A stretch of 32,823 bases of DNA from Candidatus Woesearchaeota archaeon. Its GTDB lineage: Archaea > Nanobdellota > Nanobdellia > Woesearchaeales > JACPBO01. Location: NCBI GenBank assembly GCA_016180285.1, contig JACPBO010000008.1, positions 1 through 32,823 on the forward strand, written 5' to 3'. The notes under the pieces are model-generated. The model ran no database searches. It was given only the letters and a program-made list of their open reading frames with translations, and had not been told where the DNA came from. Positions 7,813 through 17,165 of this stretch are shown here, piece by piece. The stretch's first letter is position 1, and every line of letters starts with the position of its first letter. A program made the position numbers and the translations under genes.

Positions 7813-8477
7813 TCTGATATTTGGAAAACCAGTTTATTTTTAAATCTATCGGAAATCGAGATTTTAATTCCTTCCATTTCAATAAAATTCCTGACAATAT
7901 GCTGATCTAAACCCTTGTCAAGCATCAATTCCAAAGCTGCCTGTTTATCGCTTCTTGCCGCTTCTCCGTTGACATGCGGCTCGACTTTTGTATCAAAGAC
8001 ATCAGCCACAGCAATGATCCTTGCAATAAGGCTAATATCCTCATCTTTTGTTTTGAAATAGCCCCTTTCATTAAGCCTCTCATGAGATAAGTAAACGCCA
8101 ATTAAAATATCCCTGTCTTCACAGCCTTCTTCAACCAGCATTTCCATGCCATGATAAGGGTGAGGCCATAATTCATAAAATTCTCTCGGTGAAAGTTTCC
8201 CCTTTTTATTCAGAATTTCATCAGGCGTGTAGAACTTGCCAATATCATGATGTAGCGTAGCTTGATATGCTTTATAACTTAACTCATTAAGGCCTAATAA
8301 CTTTAACTTGTTGAATAATTCAATAAGATAGTCATCTCCAGATTGAATGCAATCGATTAGCTTATTGGCTAATCTAAAGGCGTAACCAGCCGCTCTAATA
8401 TTGTGCTTATATGTTTTATTGCTTTTTCCCTGCAGTTTCTCAAATTCCTTCCATATAGGCTCAAATAAAAATTTCAT
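7776..8477 (-). CDS. HD-GYP-like phosphohydrolase
   Basis: [36 protein letters not shown] and [11 protein letters not shown] motifs; own TATA box and leaderless start. Confidence 0.82.
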   Translation of the reverse strand: MKFLFEPIWKEFEKLQGKSNKTYKHNIRAAGYAFRLANKLIDCIQSGDDYLIELFNKLKLLGLNELSYKAYQATLHHDIGKFYTPDEILNKKGKLSPREFYELWPHPYHGMEMLVEEGCEDRDILIGVYLSHERLNERGYFKTKDEDISLIARIIAVADVFDTKVEPHVNGEAARSDKQAALELMLDKGLDQHIVRNFIEMEGIKISISDRFKNKLVFQISEWQNQNNYPRNR

Positions 8478-8515
8478 AAGGACGCAATTTAGGTTAAATT
8501 AATAAAGGTTTTGGA

Positions 8516-8791
8516 TTAAGCAATTTCCAATAAAACTTCAATCTCCTTTAGCTTTTTGATATTTAGCTGATAGGCATCTCCGTGTTTTGTTTTTCCATAA
8601 AACGAGACCAATTCTTCTTTTATAAGGTCTTTGAGAACATCTTCTACAGATCCTTTCAGGTGAGAAGGGATTCCTGACATCAGCCTTTCGTACAATAAGT
8701 GACCTTTGCTAAATGCTTCATTAGAATATAGCTTCTTAAGGATATTCTTCTTTATCTTCTCATAGTCAGTTTTGGCTAATTTCTTTCCCAT
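8516..8791 (-). CDS. Small basic winged-helix-like protein
   Basis: 91 aa; VEDVLKDLIKEELV...YQLN pattern typical of a wHTH helix-wing. Confidence 0.6.
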   Translation of the reverse strand: MGKKLAKTDYEKIKKNILKKLYSNEAFSKGHLLYERLMSGIPSHLKGSVEDVLKDLIKEELVSFYGKTKHGDAYQLNIKKLKEIEVLLEIA

Positions 8792-8908
8792 TAAATCTTT
8801 TTTAAAAACACAGAATATAAAAGACTTATTATTTTAATTAATATTCATAGCCAATATCGGCTAAAAATAGAAATATTTATATATAACTTGCTCTTCATTC
8901 TATTTACA

Positions 8909-9238
8909 ATGGAAGGCAAAACAATATTTTTAAGGATTTTTGGAGATTCCCCCATATTGAGAGTGCTGGACTTTTTAGTGGTTAATGAGGACTTTGATTA
9001 CAGCATGACAGATATAGCAGATCTTTCAGGCATTGGTTACTCCACACTTAAACTCTTCTGGGAAAAATTAGAAGAAGAGGGAGTAATAATAAAAACAAGA
9101 ACAGTTGGAAAAGCCAAAATGTACAGGCTCAATTTAGCAAATCCTGTGATCAGGAAATTCAGAGAGTTCTATTGGGAAACAACAAAGCACCATGTGCATG
9201 AAAAAACCAAAGAAAGAGAAATAATAATTAAGCATTAA
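8909..9238 (+). CDS. Winged-HTH DNA-binding protein
   Basis: YSMTDIADLSGIGYSTL...LEEEGVIIKTRTVGKAKMYRLN; ATG 8909 follows TTTATATA. Confidence 0.82.
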   Translation: MEGKTIFLRIFGDSPILRVLDFLVVNEDFDYSMTDIADLSGIGYSTLKLFWEKLEEEGVIIKTRTVGKAKMYRLNLANPVIRKFREFYWETTKHHVHEKTKEREIIIKH

Positions 9239-9346
9239 AATTGTAGAACTTTAACTTACCCTATTGGCGGGATCGCTAAATCATAGTTAGTTTCAATAAG
9301 CGATTGAGCTAAAATTTTTAAGAATTAATAAAATAGGGCAGGCGTC

Positions 9347-9898
9347 TTATTTTCTACCTGCTAATCTTTGAATTAAATTTGGTTGATATTTTTTTAAATC
9401 GCTTAGTTTAGCACAATATTGAGAAAATGCTAATTTCCCCTTAAGAACATCTCTTGCAAATGCTTCATTTGGAAATGGACAAACCCAGGTTCTTCGCGTA
9501 TATTTTTCTGTTACATCTTCGTCAATTGTCTGTTTTCCATCAACAAATCCAGCAACATTAAGTAGTTCTTCATCAGTTAATGTAAGAATTCTTTTTGTTG
9601 TCCTTCTTTCTTCTCCAACTTTTTCATCAAAATATAACTTTCCGAATTGTAAATCCCCATTTTTATCATATTGCCTGAAAGCATCTTTTTGGGTTGGAGT
9701 TAAATCAGGAACTAGACCCATCATAAATGTTTGAAGCTCATCTGCCGTGTATAAACCATTTTTTGGAGCAACCCAATAACTAACAATATGACAAAAAAAA
9801 CCATTTCTATCGGGCAAATAGTTTCTTACATCAGCATTAACTATAACAACTTCTGGATTTGTTTCCAATGCTTGTCTGACGATTGTTAATTTACTCAT
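9347..9898 (-). CDS. Hypothetical protein
   Basis: 183-aa ORF with its own TTTATAAA box and AGGT SD; no motif recognised. Confidence 0.7.
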   Translation of the reverse strand: MSKLTIVRQALETNPEVVIVNADVRNYLPDRNGFFCHIVSYWVAPKNGLYTADELQTFMMGLVPDLTPTQKDAFRQYDKNGDLQFGKLYFDEKVGEERRTTKRILTLTDEELLNVAGFVDGKQTIDEDVTEKYTRRTWVCPFPNEAFARDVLKGKLAFSQYCAKLSDLKKYQPNLIQRLAGRK

Positions 9899-10007
9899 TT
9901 TGATTACCTTAAATATAGAATAAATCCAGCCTTTATAAATCTTTCGTTTTGTAACTATTTGTTAGTGATATAACCTTGAGAAAATAAAATAAATCAAATT
10001 AAAAACC

Positions 10008-10778
10008 CTAAAGCATCTTCCTCAGCTCCTTTGCCTTGTCAATCCCAGTATCCACCATCTTCTCAACATCTTCCATTGTCAATGGCAGATCTCCGCCTTT
10101 CTGCAGAGCCGAGATTGTTCCGTCAGGAGTTGTTGTTACAGTTAATCTTGCGTCATAGACCTTTTCTTCATCCAAATCAGGGTCAACAATGAAATGCCCG
10201 CCGATCTTATAAACTGTTATTGCCATTGGATCCTTTTTCATGGGCAGCTTTTCAGCTGTCAGTTTCTTATAATCAACCATTTCATCCTTAACGCTGGGAA
10301 ATTTTGCATCTTTCAATGCAGCAAGCGCTGCTATTGCAGAAGCATCAATCAAATTGCCCGAGTCATTTATCGTAACAATATCAACGCTTATCATCCATAC
10401 TTTCTCGTTTTTCTTAATGCACAGCTTCTTGGTGTCAATTGCCTTTGATTCTCTTATTCCCCTGTCAACAACCCTTGCAAGCTCAATAGACTGCTCATCT
10501 GGCGGGCCTCCTTCAAATTCAGGGCTTGACAATGGCAATAATTCCGCATTTACACTCATCACACCATCGTCAGGAGTGTCAGGATAGGGCTTGTCAATGC
10601 TCAGCTTAACTCCTGCAATAACTTCTGTTTCGCCGATTTTCACCCTGCTAGACCCTTCTGCGTTTTTTGAAACTCCGTACTCAACTGAAACAGTTCTGTA
10701 TTCCAATGGCTTTCTTCCGTCAAACCTTATTCCGGCTGACAATGATTTTATAATGTGCTCTCTAAGTTGTTCATTCAT
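10008..10778 (-). CDS. rrp42: Exosome complex component Rrp42
   Basis: RFDGRKPLEYR, AEGSSRVKIG and ELARVVDRGIRES motifs; GGTGA SD before ATG 10778. Confidence 0.96.
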   Translation of the reverse strand: MNEQLREHIIKSLSAGIRFDGRKPLEYRTVSVEYGVSKNAEGSSRVKIGETEVIAGVKLSIDKPYPDTPDDGVMSVNAELLPLSSPEFEGGPPDEQSIELARVVDRGIRESKAIDTKKLCIKKNEKVWMISVDIVTINDSGNLIDASAIAALAALKDAKFPSVKDEMVDYKKLTAEKLPMKKDPMAITVYKIGGHFIVDPDLDEEKVYDARLTVTTTPDGTISALQKGGDLPLTMEDVEKMVDTGIDKAKELRKML

Positions 10779-11481
10779 TTTGCTCACCATATTTGTCTTT
10801 TAATGCTTTTTTTTGTATATCATTTATCTTCAGGCATGCTTTTCTTCCCATTTCAATTGCTTTCTTCAAGTTATCTTTTGATATCTCTCCGTCCATCTGC
10901 AGCAACGTTACCTCGCCAGTCCTATTGATGAATGCAACCGGTATGTCTGCAACAGGGCCTGCTTCATAAGCTTCCTCTTCATAATCAAGGTCAACAAGAA
11001 CCTGGTCATCAACTATGCCTACGGAAACAGCGGCAACCATGTCTTTCATCGGAATTCCGGCATCTGCCAGTGCAATTGAAGCAGCGCATATCCCGGCGCA
11101 TCTTGTCCCTGCATCTGTCTGCGGCAATTCTATAAAAATATCAACAACAGAATTCTGGAATTCGCTCAGGTCAACAACAGGCAGCAATGCCTTTTCCGTG
11201 ACCATTGAAATTTCCTTTGATCTTCTTGATCCGCCAGGCCTTACCCTCTCGCCTGCTCCTGAAAAGGGCATCATGTTGTACCTGCACCTCAGGATTCCTT
11301 TTCCAGGATCCTGCAAAAACTTAGGATACAGGTTCCTTGGCCCGTAAACAGCAGCATAAGCAATTGTTTTTCCAATCCTGAAATAAGCAGAGCCGTCTGC
11401 TCTTGGTATAACGCCTGCCTTGGCTTCTATTGCCCTTGTTTCATCAAATTTTCTTCCGTCAAATCTCTTCTTATAGCTCAT
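10771..11481 (-). CDS. rrp41: Exosome complex exonuclease Rrp41
   Basis: RFDGRKFDETR, ADGSAY, DAGTR and LQMDG motifs. Confidence 0.97.
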   Translation of the reverse strand: MSYKKRFDGRKFDETRAIEAKAGVIPRADGSAYFRIGKTIAYAAVYGPRNLYPKFLQDPGKGILRCRYNMMPFSGAGERVRPGGSRRSKEISMVTEKALLPVVDLSEFQNSVVDIFIELPQTDAGTRCAGICAASIALADAGIPMKDMVAAVSVGIVDDQVLVDLDYEEEAYEAGPVADIPVAFINRTGEVTLLQMDGEISKDNLKKAIEMGRKACLKINDIQKKALKDKYGEQNE

Positions 11482-12214
11482 TTTGATCACCTTTATCTTC
11501 AGCGCTTTCAGTATTGATTGTCAGTTTTTTCCCTGTTGTTTTTTCAAGGTATTCTTTCATTTTTTCTGTCAGGCCTGAAGTATGCGCCTCATTTTCTATT
11601 TTTTTGATGAAATTTACAGCATCAACCTCGTCTTTCGGCTCTCCATCGATCCATATGAGTCCGTTCTGGCCCACTATAATCCTGCAGTTAGTGGCCTGCT
11701 TTACCAAGCCAATCATGCTGCCGCCTTTCCCAATTATCCTCGGAACCTTGTTGCAGTTAACCCTTATTATCCTGCCGCCTTTCAGCTTCCTCAAGCCAGG
11801 GCCTTTCATTGTGACGTCAACTAATTTTTGCGATGTTACATTAAATATTTTTGTAACAACATAATCGCCTAGATCGAAATACTGCGTCAAATCAGCTCCT
11901 TTGTTTACAAAGCCCATCACAGCATCCCTTACAGGAAGCATTGCTGTGTAAGGCGAGAATGTGTCTATTCTCCATCCGCTCATCAGTACATCAACAACCC
12001 CGCCGATTATTGTATCGTATTTTTTCGGAAGATACTGCCCGGATAAAGGAAATATCTTTATAACCTTTCCTTCAACATTAATCACGCCTAATTTTGCAGC
12101 CACAACCCTGTCGCCGTCCCTGTATGTTCCATAAGACGGCAGATAGTCCATTCCGGATGCTAATTCTTCTCCAGGAATAACCACTTCTTTTTCTTTAACT
12201 AATAGCTCGCTCAT
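11471..12214 (-). CDS. rrp4: Exosome complex RNA-binding protein Rrp4
   Basis: S1 + KH domains (VPRIIGKGGSMI, GQNGLIWI). Confidence 0.96.
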   Translation of the reverse strand: MSELLVKEKEVVIPGEELASGMDYLPSYGTYRDGDRVVAAKLGVINVEGKVIKIFPLSGQYLPKKYDTIIGGVVDVLMSGWRIDTFSPYTAMLPVRDAVMGFVNKGADLTQYFDLGDYVVTKIFNVTSQKLVDVTMKGPGLRKLKGGRIIRVNCNKVPRIIGKGGSMIGLVKQATNCRIIVGQNGLIWIDGEPKDEVDAVNFIKKIENEAHTSGLTEKMKEYLEKTTGKKLTINTESAEDKGDQNEL

Positions 12215-12235
12215 TTTATTTTTCACCTTTTGTTG

Positions 12236-12955
12236 TCATTTTGTTTTTATAACCTTGCAATCTGCATCGCCATGCGTTGCCGTGTTTAACTTATCATAGA
12301 ACTCCTGCTCTAAGCCTCCAGGAAGCTCAACAACAGCAAGAAGCGACCCATCATTCATCCACTCCTCTTTCAGCATTTTTGAGAAGTGCTTCACAACTGA
12401 ATATGACTTTGAGGCGTGAATCGCGGGAATATGAACCTGTATTTCCTTTATCTCGAACCTTATCGGCATTATGGGCCTTAGCTGCTTCAAAACATCATCA
12501 ACCTGCTCTTCTGCAGACCTCATCTCGTCTATTCTTATTTTTGCCTGCTCAAATGCATTCTCTATCCTTGTAATCGGATGCGGCGCATCTGTTCTCGGGT
12601 CAACGCCGTTCCTGTGTATTATATCCATTATCCTTTTCTTTTTTTCTTCCCTCATCTTTTCCCTGTGATCAGCAGTTAATTGTATCTCGCCTTCTTTCAG
12701 GATTATTTCTGCAACTTTTAATGGGTCAGATGCGCCGAAAACCTGCTGCATCAAATGCTCGCCTGCCCTCAATCCTTTTTTGGCATCAGAAAAAATATGC
12801 TCGGATTTAATGACGTCCCTTATTTCAGATATTTTTCCTTTTTTGAATTCCACTGCAAGGTCAGCGTCAATCGGAATTTCAAAAACATTGCCGCCTTTCT
12901 TTATTCTCGCAATGTTTATGGAGAACCTTTCCTTGTCAAAAGTAATTCCTGGCAT
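12236..12955 (-). CDS. sdo1: Ribosome maturation protein SBDS/Sdo1
   Basis: IFSDAKKG, GEIQLT and DPRTDAPHPITRIENA motifs; conserved position in the superoperon. Confidence 0.96.
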   Translation of the reverse strand: MPGITFDKERFSINIARIKKGGNVFEIPIDADLAVEFKKGKISEIRDVIKSEHIFSDAKKGLRAGEHLMQQVFGASDPLKVAEIILKEGEIQLTADHREKMREEKKKRIMDIIHRNGVDPRTDAPHPITRIENAFEQAKIRIDEMRSAEEQVDDVLKQLRPIMPIRFEIKEIQVHIPAIHASKSYSVVKHFSKMLKEEWMNDGSLLAVVELPGGLEQEFYDKLNTATHGDADCKVIKTK

Positions 12956-12974
12956 TTTTGCTTATTCCTGTTTT

Positions 12975-13712
12975 TTATTTTTTCTTGGTGTCTTTTAATA
13001 TTTTGTCAACTCTTTCTTTGCCCATTTTAGTGAATTTCTTCTCTTTGGTCATTATGTATGCTGCATCAATCCTTTCAACGCTGAAATCCTTGTCAAGAAT
13101 CTTTGCCAATGAGCTTATTGCAAGCTTTAAGGCTTCCTCAACTGTTATTGTTTCCTTGTAATCCTTGTTTAAAATAGCCTCAACCTCGATTTCGCCTTCT
13201 CCAATCACAGCTGCCCTGTACTGGAAGAAGATGCCGGTAGGGTCAGTCTCAAAAAGCTTTGGCCCGTCAGAGTCAATTCCTGCAATCAGGATTGAGACGC
13301 CAAAAGGCCTGAATCCGCCTGACTGCGTGGTTATCTGCTTCAGATTGCAGATGTCTTTTACAATGCTTAGCACGTCAATGTCTGAATCATAAGTTATTCT
13401 GTGCCTCTGGGCTGCCAGCTGCGCTCTTTCTATCAGAACGCGGGCATCAGATAAGATTCCTGAAGCAGTTGCGCCGATATGATCATCAATCTGCCATATC
13501 TTTTCAACGCTTTCCGGCACAACAAGCTTGTCAACTATCCTCTTGTCTGTCACAAGGACAACACCGTCTGAGCAGACTATGCCGATGGCTGTGCTGCCCT
13601 GCTTGACTGTCTTTTTAGCGTATTCTACCTGAAGCAATCTTCCGTCAGGGCTGAACATTGTTATTGCCCTGTCATATCCCATCACTTGATGCGGTAAAGG
13701 CTGTTGCACCAT
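12975..13712 (-). CDS. psmA: Proteasome subunit alpha
   Basis: GYDRAITMFSPDGRLLQVEYA and RPFGVS motifs. Confidence 0.98.
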   Translation of the reverse strand: MVQQPLPHQVMGYDRAITMFSPDGRLLQVEYAKKTVKQGSTAIGIVCSDGVVLVTDKRIVDKLVVPESVEKIWQIDDHIGATASGILSDARVLIERAQLAAQRHRITYDSDIDVLSIVKDICNLKQITTQSGGFRPFGVSILIAGIDSDGPKLFETDPTGIFFQYRAAVIGEGEIEVEAILNKDYKETITVEEALKLAISSLAKILDKDFSVERIDAAYIMTKEKKFTKMGKERVDKILKDTKKK

Positions 13713-13770
13713 TTTAATTTCACCTCAAAGTTTGTTTTTAGCTTTATTTTTTTAATTTATTTATTGAATT

Positions 13771-14133
13771 TTAATTATTTTTTAAATATCTTTCCTCTGC
13801 TTTTTTCATTATTCCCGATGTTCCTGTTGATCTCACAATGACTTCAATGCCGTTTATGTTTTTTATCAGCGCCAAAGCGCCCTTCAACTCATTGGCATAT
13901 TTATGATTTACCCTTATTAAACCTTTCTGATTTTCTTCATTAAATTTGTCTGCTAATATCCATATGCCTGCCTTGGCAGCTCCAAGCTCTCCCAAAAACC
14001 TTAGGCAGCCCTGCCATATTGCATCAGAGACTGCTTTAAAAGGCCTTATAGGCTCTTTTGAGATGATCTGAAACGCAACATAGCGTTTGCGCTCTCTCAT
14101 GCTTGGCATCATAGCTTTCAATTTTTTTGCCAT
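13771..14133 (-). CDS. rnp2: RNase P protein Pop5/Rpp14
   Basis: PSMRERKRYVAF...TSGIMKKA. Confidence 0.93.
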   Translation of the reverse strand: MAKKLKAMMPSMRERKRYVAFQIISKEPIRPFKAVSDAIWQGCLRFLGELGAAKAGIWILADKFNEENQKGLIRVNHKYANELKGALALIKNINGIEVIVRSTGTSGIMKKAEERYLKNN

Positions 14134-14245
14134 TATACACCAAAACAGTTTTTGATCAACTGAGAAAATAGGTATATGGTTTCCTTTTTCTCTCTTACAG
14201 AAATATGGAATATTAAGTTATTTATAAAGCTATCGGAAAATCAGC

Positions 14246-14731
14246 TTACGTGAAATATATCCGATCTTTATCTTCCTCAATGACTTTTTTAACTTTAAAG
14301 TGTTTTTTAATAATGCAGTCAATCATCTCTTTTTTAGGTGATTTTTTTAAAAAACTGAGAACAAACCTCTTGTTTCCAGCCCTTTTGATTTCCTTCAGCC
14401 CTTTTCCTATATCTTTGAAGTTTTGTATTGCTGTTATGCTTATCACAATATCAAAGAACTGATTAGGATAGGGTATTTTTTCAGCAGGAGCAAGCTTATA
14501 TTCTATTTCTTTGTTTTTTTGCTTTGCCTTAAACAATAATTTTCTTGATGGATCAATTCCAAATCTTTTACATGGCCATGGCTCTGTTGTCAACCCGGTT
14601 CCGCAGCCGACATCGAGCAATTTGTCTGTTTTCCTTACTTTCAGGAATTTTTTAATGATCTTGATTTTATTTAGCTGCTCTTCGCCATGCAGCTCTTCAT
14701 ACCCTTTGCTTATCGAATCGTAATAATCCAT
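14246..14731 (-). CDS. Class I SAM-dependent methyltransferase
   Basis: LLDVGCGTG, GIDPS and AEKIPYPNQFFDIV motifs. Confidence 0.9.
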   Translation of the reverse strand: MDYYDSISKGYEELHGEEQLNKIKIIKKFLKVRKTDKLLDVGCGTGLTTEPWPCKRFGIDPSRKLLFKAKQKNKEIEYKLAPAEKIPYPNQFFDIVISITAIQNFKDIGKGLKEIKRAGNKRFVLSFLKKSPKKEMIDCIIKKHFKVKKVIEEDKDRIYFT

Positions 14732-14746
14732 GAACAAACATCAACC

Positions 14747-14760
14747 TTTAAATATTTAAA
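14747..14760. promoter_or_regulatory. Palindromic double TATA box serving two divergent leaderless genes
   Basis: tttaaatatttaaa is a perfect 14-bp palindrome; each TTTAAATA lies 21-22 nt from its ATG (14731 on -, 14777 on +). Confidence 0.7.
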
Positions 14761-14776
14761 CATTACTCAAACCATA

Positions 14777-15646
14777 ATGAATCCGAACATTCCGAAGATG
14801 CTCCGCAGGCTGACAGGCAAGAAGCACATTGTCTTTGTTGACAGGGGCAATACAGCAATAATGAAGGCTTTTGAAATAGCAAAAAAGCTTGGCAAGACAA
14901 AAGCCTTAATGCAGGACCAGGGTGGCTGGCTGACGTATAAACAGTTTGCATTGAAAAATGACCTGATGCCGATCGAGCTTAAAACAGACTACGGAATTCT
15001 TAATCTCAGAGATCTCTTTAAAAAAGCTGATAAAAATTCTGTTCTTATTGTAAATTCATTGACAGGCTATTTTGCTGACCAGCCGATGAAGCCTATAGAG
15101 AAGATATGCAAGAAGAGAGGCTGCCTGCTGATAAATGATGCATCAGGCTCAATTGGGACAAAGTTTGCAAAATACGGCGATATTGCAATTGGCAGCTTCA
15201 GGCAGTGGAAGCCAATTAATCTTGGAAAAGGCGGCTTTATGGCAATAAATGATAACTTGCTGCACTTCTTTATGACCAAGGAAAGAGTTCACGGCGTTTT
15301 AAGGTTCATAGACAGGTACATAAGCAGGCCCGAAGTGATAGAGGAATATAAATTCTCAGAAAAAGAGCTTGATGCGCTTGAAAACAAGATTGTAAATCTG
15401 AACAAAAGGCTGAAATTTATGATGGGCATAAACCAAAAAATAAAAAACGACCTTAAAAGCTGTGAAATACTGCATAAGAGCAGATACGGCCTTAATGTTG
15501 TTGTAAAATTCAAAAATGAGGAAGAAAAAAACAAAATTATTAAATACTGCGAAGAAAACAAATACGAATACACGCTATGCCCCAGGAATATAAGGGCAGA
15601 CACAGATGCAGTCTGCATAGAAGTAAAGAGGCTGGAGGAAAAATGA
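14777..15646 (+). CDS. Fold-type I PLP-dependent enzyme (DegT/aminotransferase-like)
   Basis: RGNTAI, INDASGSIG and GSFRQWKPINLGKGG (candidate PLP Lys) motifs. Confidence 0.78.
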   Translation: MNPNIPKMLRRLTGKKHIVFVDRGNTAIMKAFEIAKKLGKTKALMQDQGGWLTYKQFALKNDLMPIELKTDYGILNLRDLFKKADKNSVLIVNSLTGYFADQPMKPIEKICKKRGCLLINDASGSIGTKFAKYGDIAIGSFRQWKPINLGKGGFMAINDNLLHFFMTKERVHGVLRFIDRYISRPEVIEEYKFSEKELDALENKIVNLNKRLKFMMGINQKIKNDLKSCEILHKSRYGLNVVVKFKNEEEKNKIIKYCEENKYEYTLCPRNIRADTDAVCIEVKRLEEK

Positions 15647-15867
15647 AAAAAATCCTTTTTATAATTGTCGCATTTTTAATAATAGGCGGGCTTATAATCT
15701 ACCAGTCAAACAAAATAAGCTTTGGGACTAAAGAAGGCAAAAAGGCATTTATTTCAGAATATTTCAAATGGATCTTCACAGTAGGGAAAAGCGCAAAAAA
15801 TACAGTTGGCTATGTCATAAAGCAGGACTGGCTGCCTGAGACTAATGCAACAAATTCAACAGAATAA
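15643..15867 (+). CDS. Small membrane-anchored protein
   Basis: MKKILFIIVAFLIIGGLIIY N-terminal TM; GGAGG SD; ATGA overlap with the upstream gene. Confidence 0.75.
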   Translation: MKKILFIIVAFLIIGGLIIYQSNKISFGTKEGKKAFISEYFKWIFTVGKSAKNTVGYVIKQDWLPETNATNSTE

Positions 15868-15876
15868 GGTGATGAA

Positions 15877-16287
15877 ATGCTGAAAGAACCGGAATCAATG
15901 GACGAGCTTGTTTATTTTACAAGAAGGAATATTGGCGAAGGGAATGCTGTTGCATGGGTTTACAGGAAGATCTGCCCTAAATGCAAAAAAGAGAGAATGG
16001 GGAAGCCGAAGGACAAGAAAGGCAAGGTCATGATAAGGGCAAAGGAGTATGTTTGCTATTCATGCGGCTATACAGAGCCGGAAGAAGCTTTTGAAGAAAG
16101 CCTTGTCTGCAGCGTAAAATACGACTGCCCGAAATGCAGGTTTGAAGGCGAAATTGAAGTTCCTTTCAGGAGAAAAAAAATACAGATCATTGACGAGGAA
16201 ACCGGGAAGAAGACCGCTGCTGAATCGATCCGCTTTCAATGCGGGAAATGCAATGCGAATATTGATGTTACGAAGAAGATGAAATGA
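15877..16287 (+). CDS. Double zinc-ribbon protein
   Basis: Four CxxC pairs (CPKC, CYSC, CPKC, CGKC); GGTGA SD. Confidence 0.8.
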   Translation: MLKEPESMDELVYFTRRNIGEGNAVAWVYRKICPKCKKERMGKPKDKKGKVMIRAKEYVCYSCGYTEPEEAFEESLVCSVKYDCPKCRFEGEIEVPFRRKKIQIIDEETGKKTAAESIRFQCGKCNANIDVTKKMK

Positions 16288-16306
16288 TTATGCAGTTTAA
16301 ATGCGC

Positions 16307-17122
16307 TTATAATTGATGTTTCTTTTGACATGGAAACTTCTTAATGTATTCACGGATAACTTCTTCAAAGAAAGTGACAGCGGAGTTCCAAACCCTCATC
16401 GCTTCATCAGGGCGTCTATAAAGTTTATCCAGTTTTTTAGTGTTGTGGTATAGATCTCTTATTTGCTCTAATGGTTCGACATTAACTGCTGGAAAATGCC
16501 TCGGTAATTCTTTTAGTGCAGAGAATCTGTTTTTTCTCAATTCCCCATCAATCAGATAAAGAATCTGTTTTGAACCTCTGCTTGCCGCGTTAAGAGATCC
16601 GTCAAATCTTTCCAAAAATTTTTCATAATCTTCCTTTCTGTCATGTTCGGAAAATAACAATGCCTGTCTTGTTTTGCGAAGATTATGGCTTAATGTGTTT
16701 TCTTCACCGCTTTTTGTCCGCAAACAAGTCATCTCAGTTCTATAGTCGGGGCCAACAACCACCCTGCCTTCAGATTGAAAATAATTATAAAACTCATCGG
16801 TGAAGGAATTAAATGTGCCGTCTCGCATGATTGTAACATCTAACGGGGAGACTTGGAATGGAACATTGTTCCTCTCTAACGCTTTATGAAGAACAACAGA
16901 AATCTCGTGCACGAACTCTTTATCGATAACAACATCGTGCGGAAAGGTTAAAACAGCATCAATGTCACTTCTTCCAGGAGTATAGTCTCCTCTGACAAAT
17001 GAGCCATAAACCATCAGGCTCAATCTACCATCACCAATCCTGTTCAGACCACTTATTAGTCTATCCAAGAAATCCAGATAATTCTTTGCTGTTGGCCTTT
17101 TTTGGTTATATCCTAATACCAT
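16307..17122 (-). CDS. Pol-beta-superfamily nucleotidyltransferase with helical C-terminal domain
   Basis: VYGSFVRGDYTPGRSDIDAV (GS...DxD motif). Confidence 0.8.
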   Translation of the reverse strand: MVLGYNQKRPTAKNYLDFLDRLISGLNRIGDGRLSLMVYGSFVRGDYTPGRSDIDAVLTFPHDVVIDKEFVHEISVVLHKALERNNVPFQVSPLDVTIMRDGTFNSFTDEFYNYFQSEGRVVVGPDYRTEMTCLRTKSGEENTLSHNLRKTRQALLFSEHDRKEDYEKFLERFDGSLNAASRGSKQILYLIDGELRKNRFSALKELPRHFPAVNVEPLEQIRDLYHNTKKLDKLYRRPDEAMRVWNSAVTFFEEVIREYIKKFPCQKKHQL

Positions 17123-17165
17123 TTTAATCAACAATAAGCTGAATTTTATGTTTTATTGAAACTAA

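Noticed and set aside
9950..9975. Integron-like GTT/AAC core sites upstream of the 9347-9898 orphan
   Set aside because: Too short and AT-rich, and no matching attC structure downstream of the gene.
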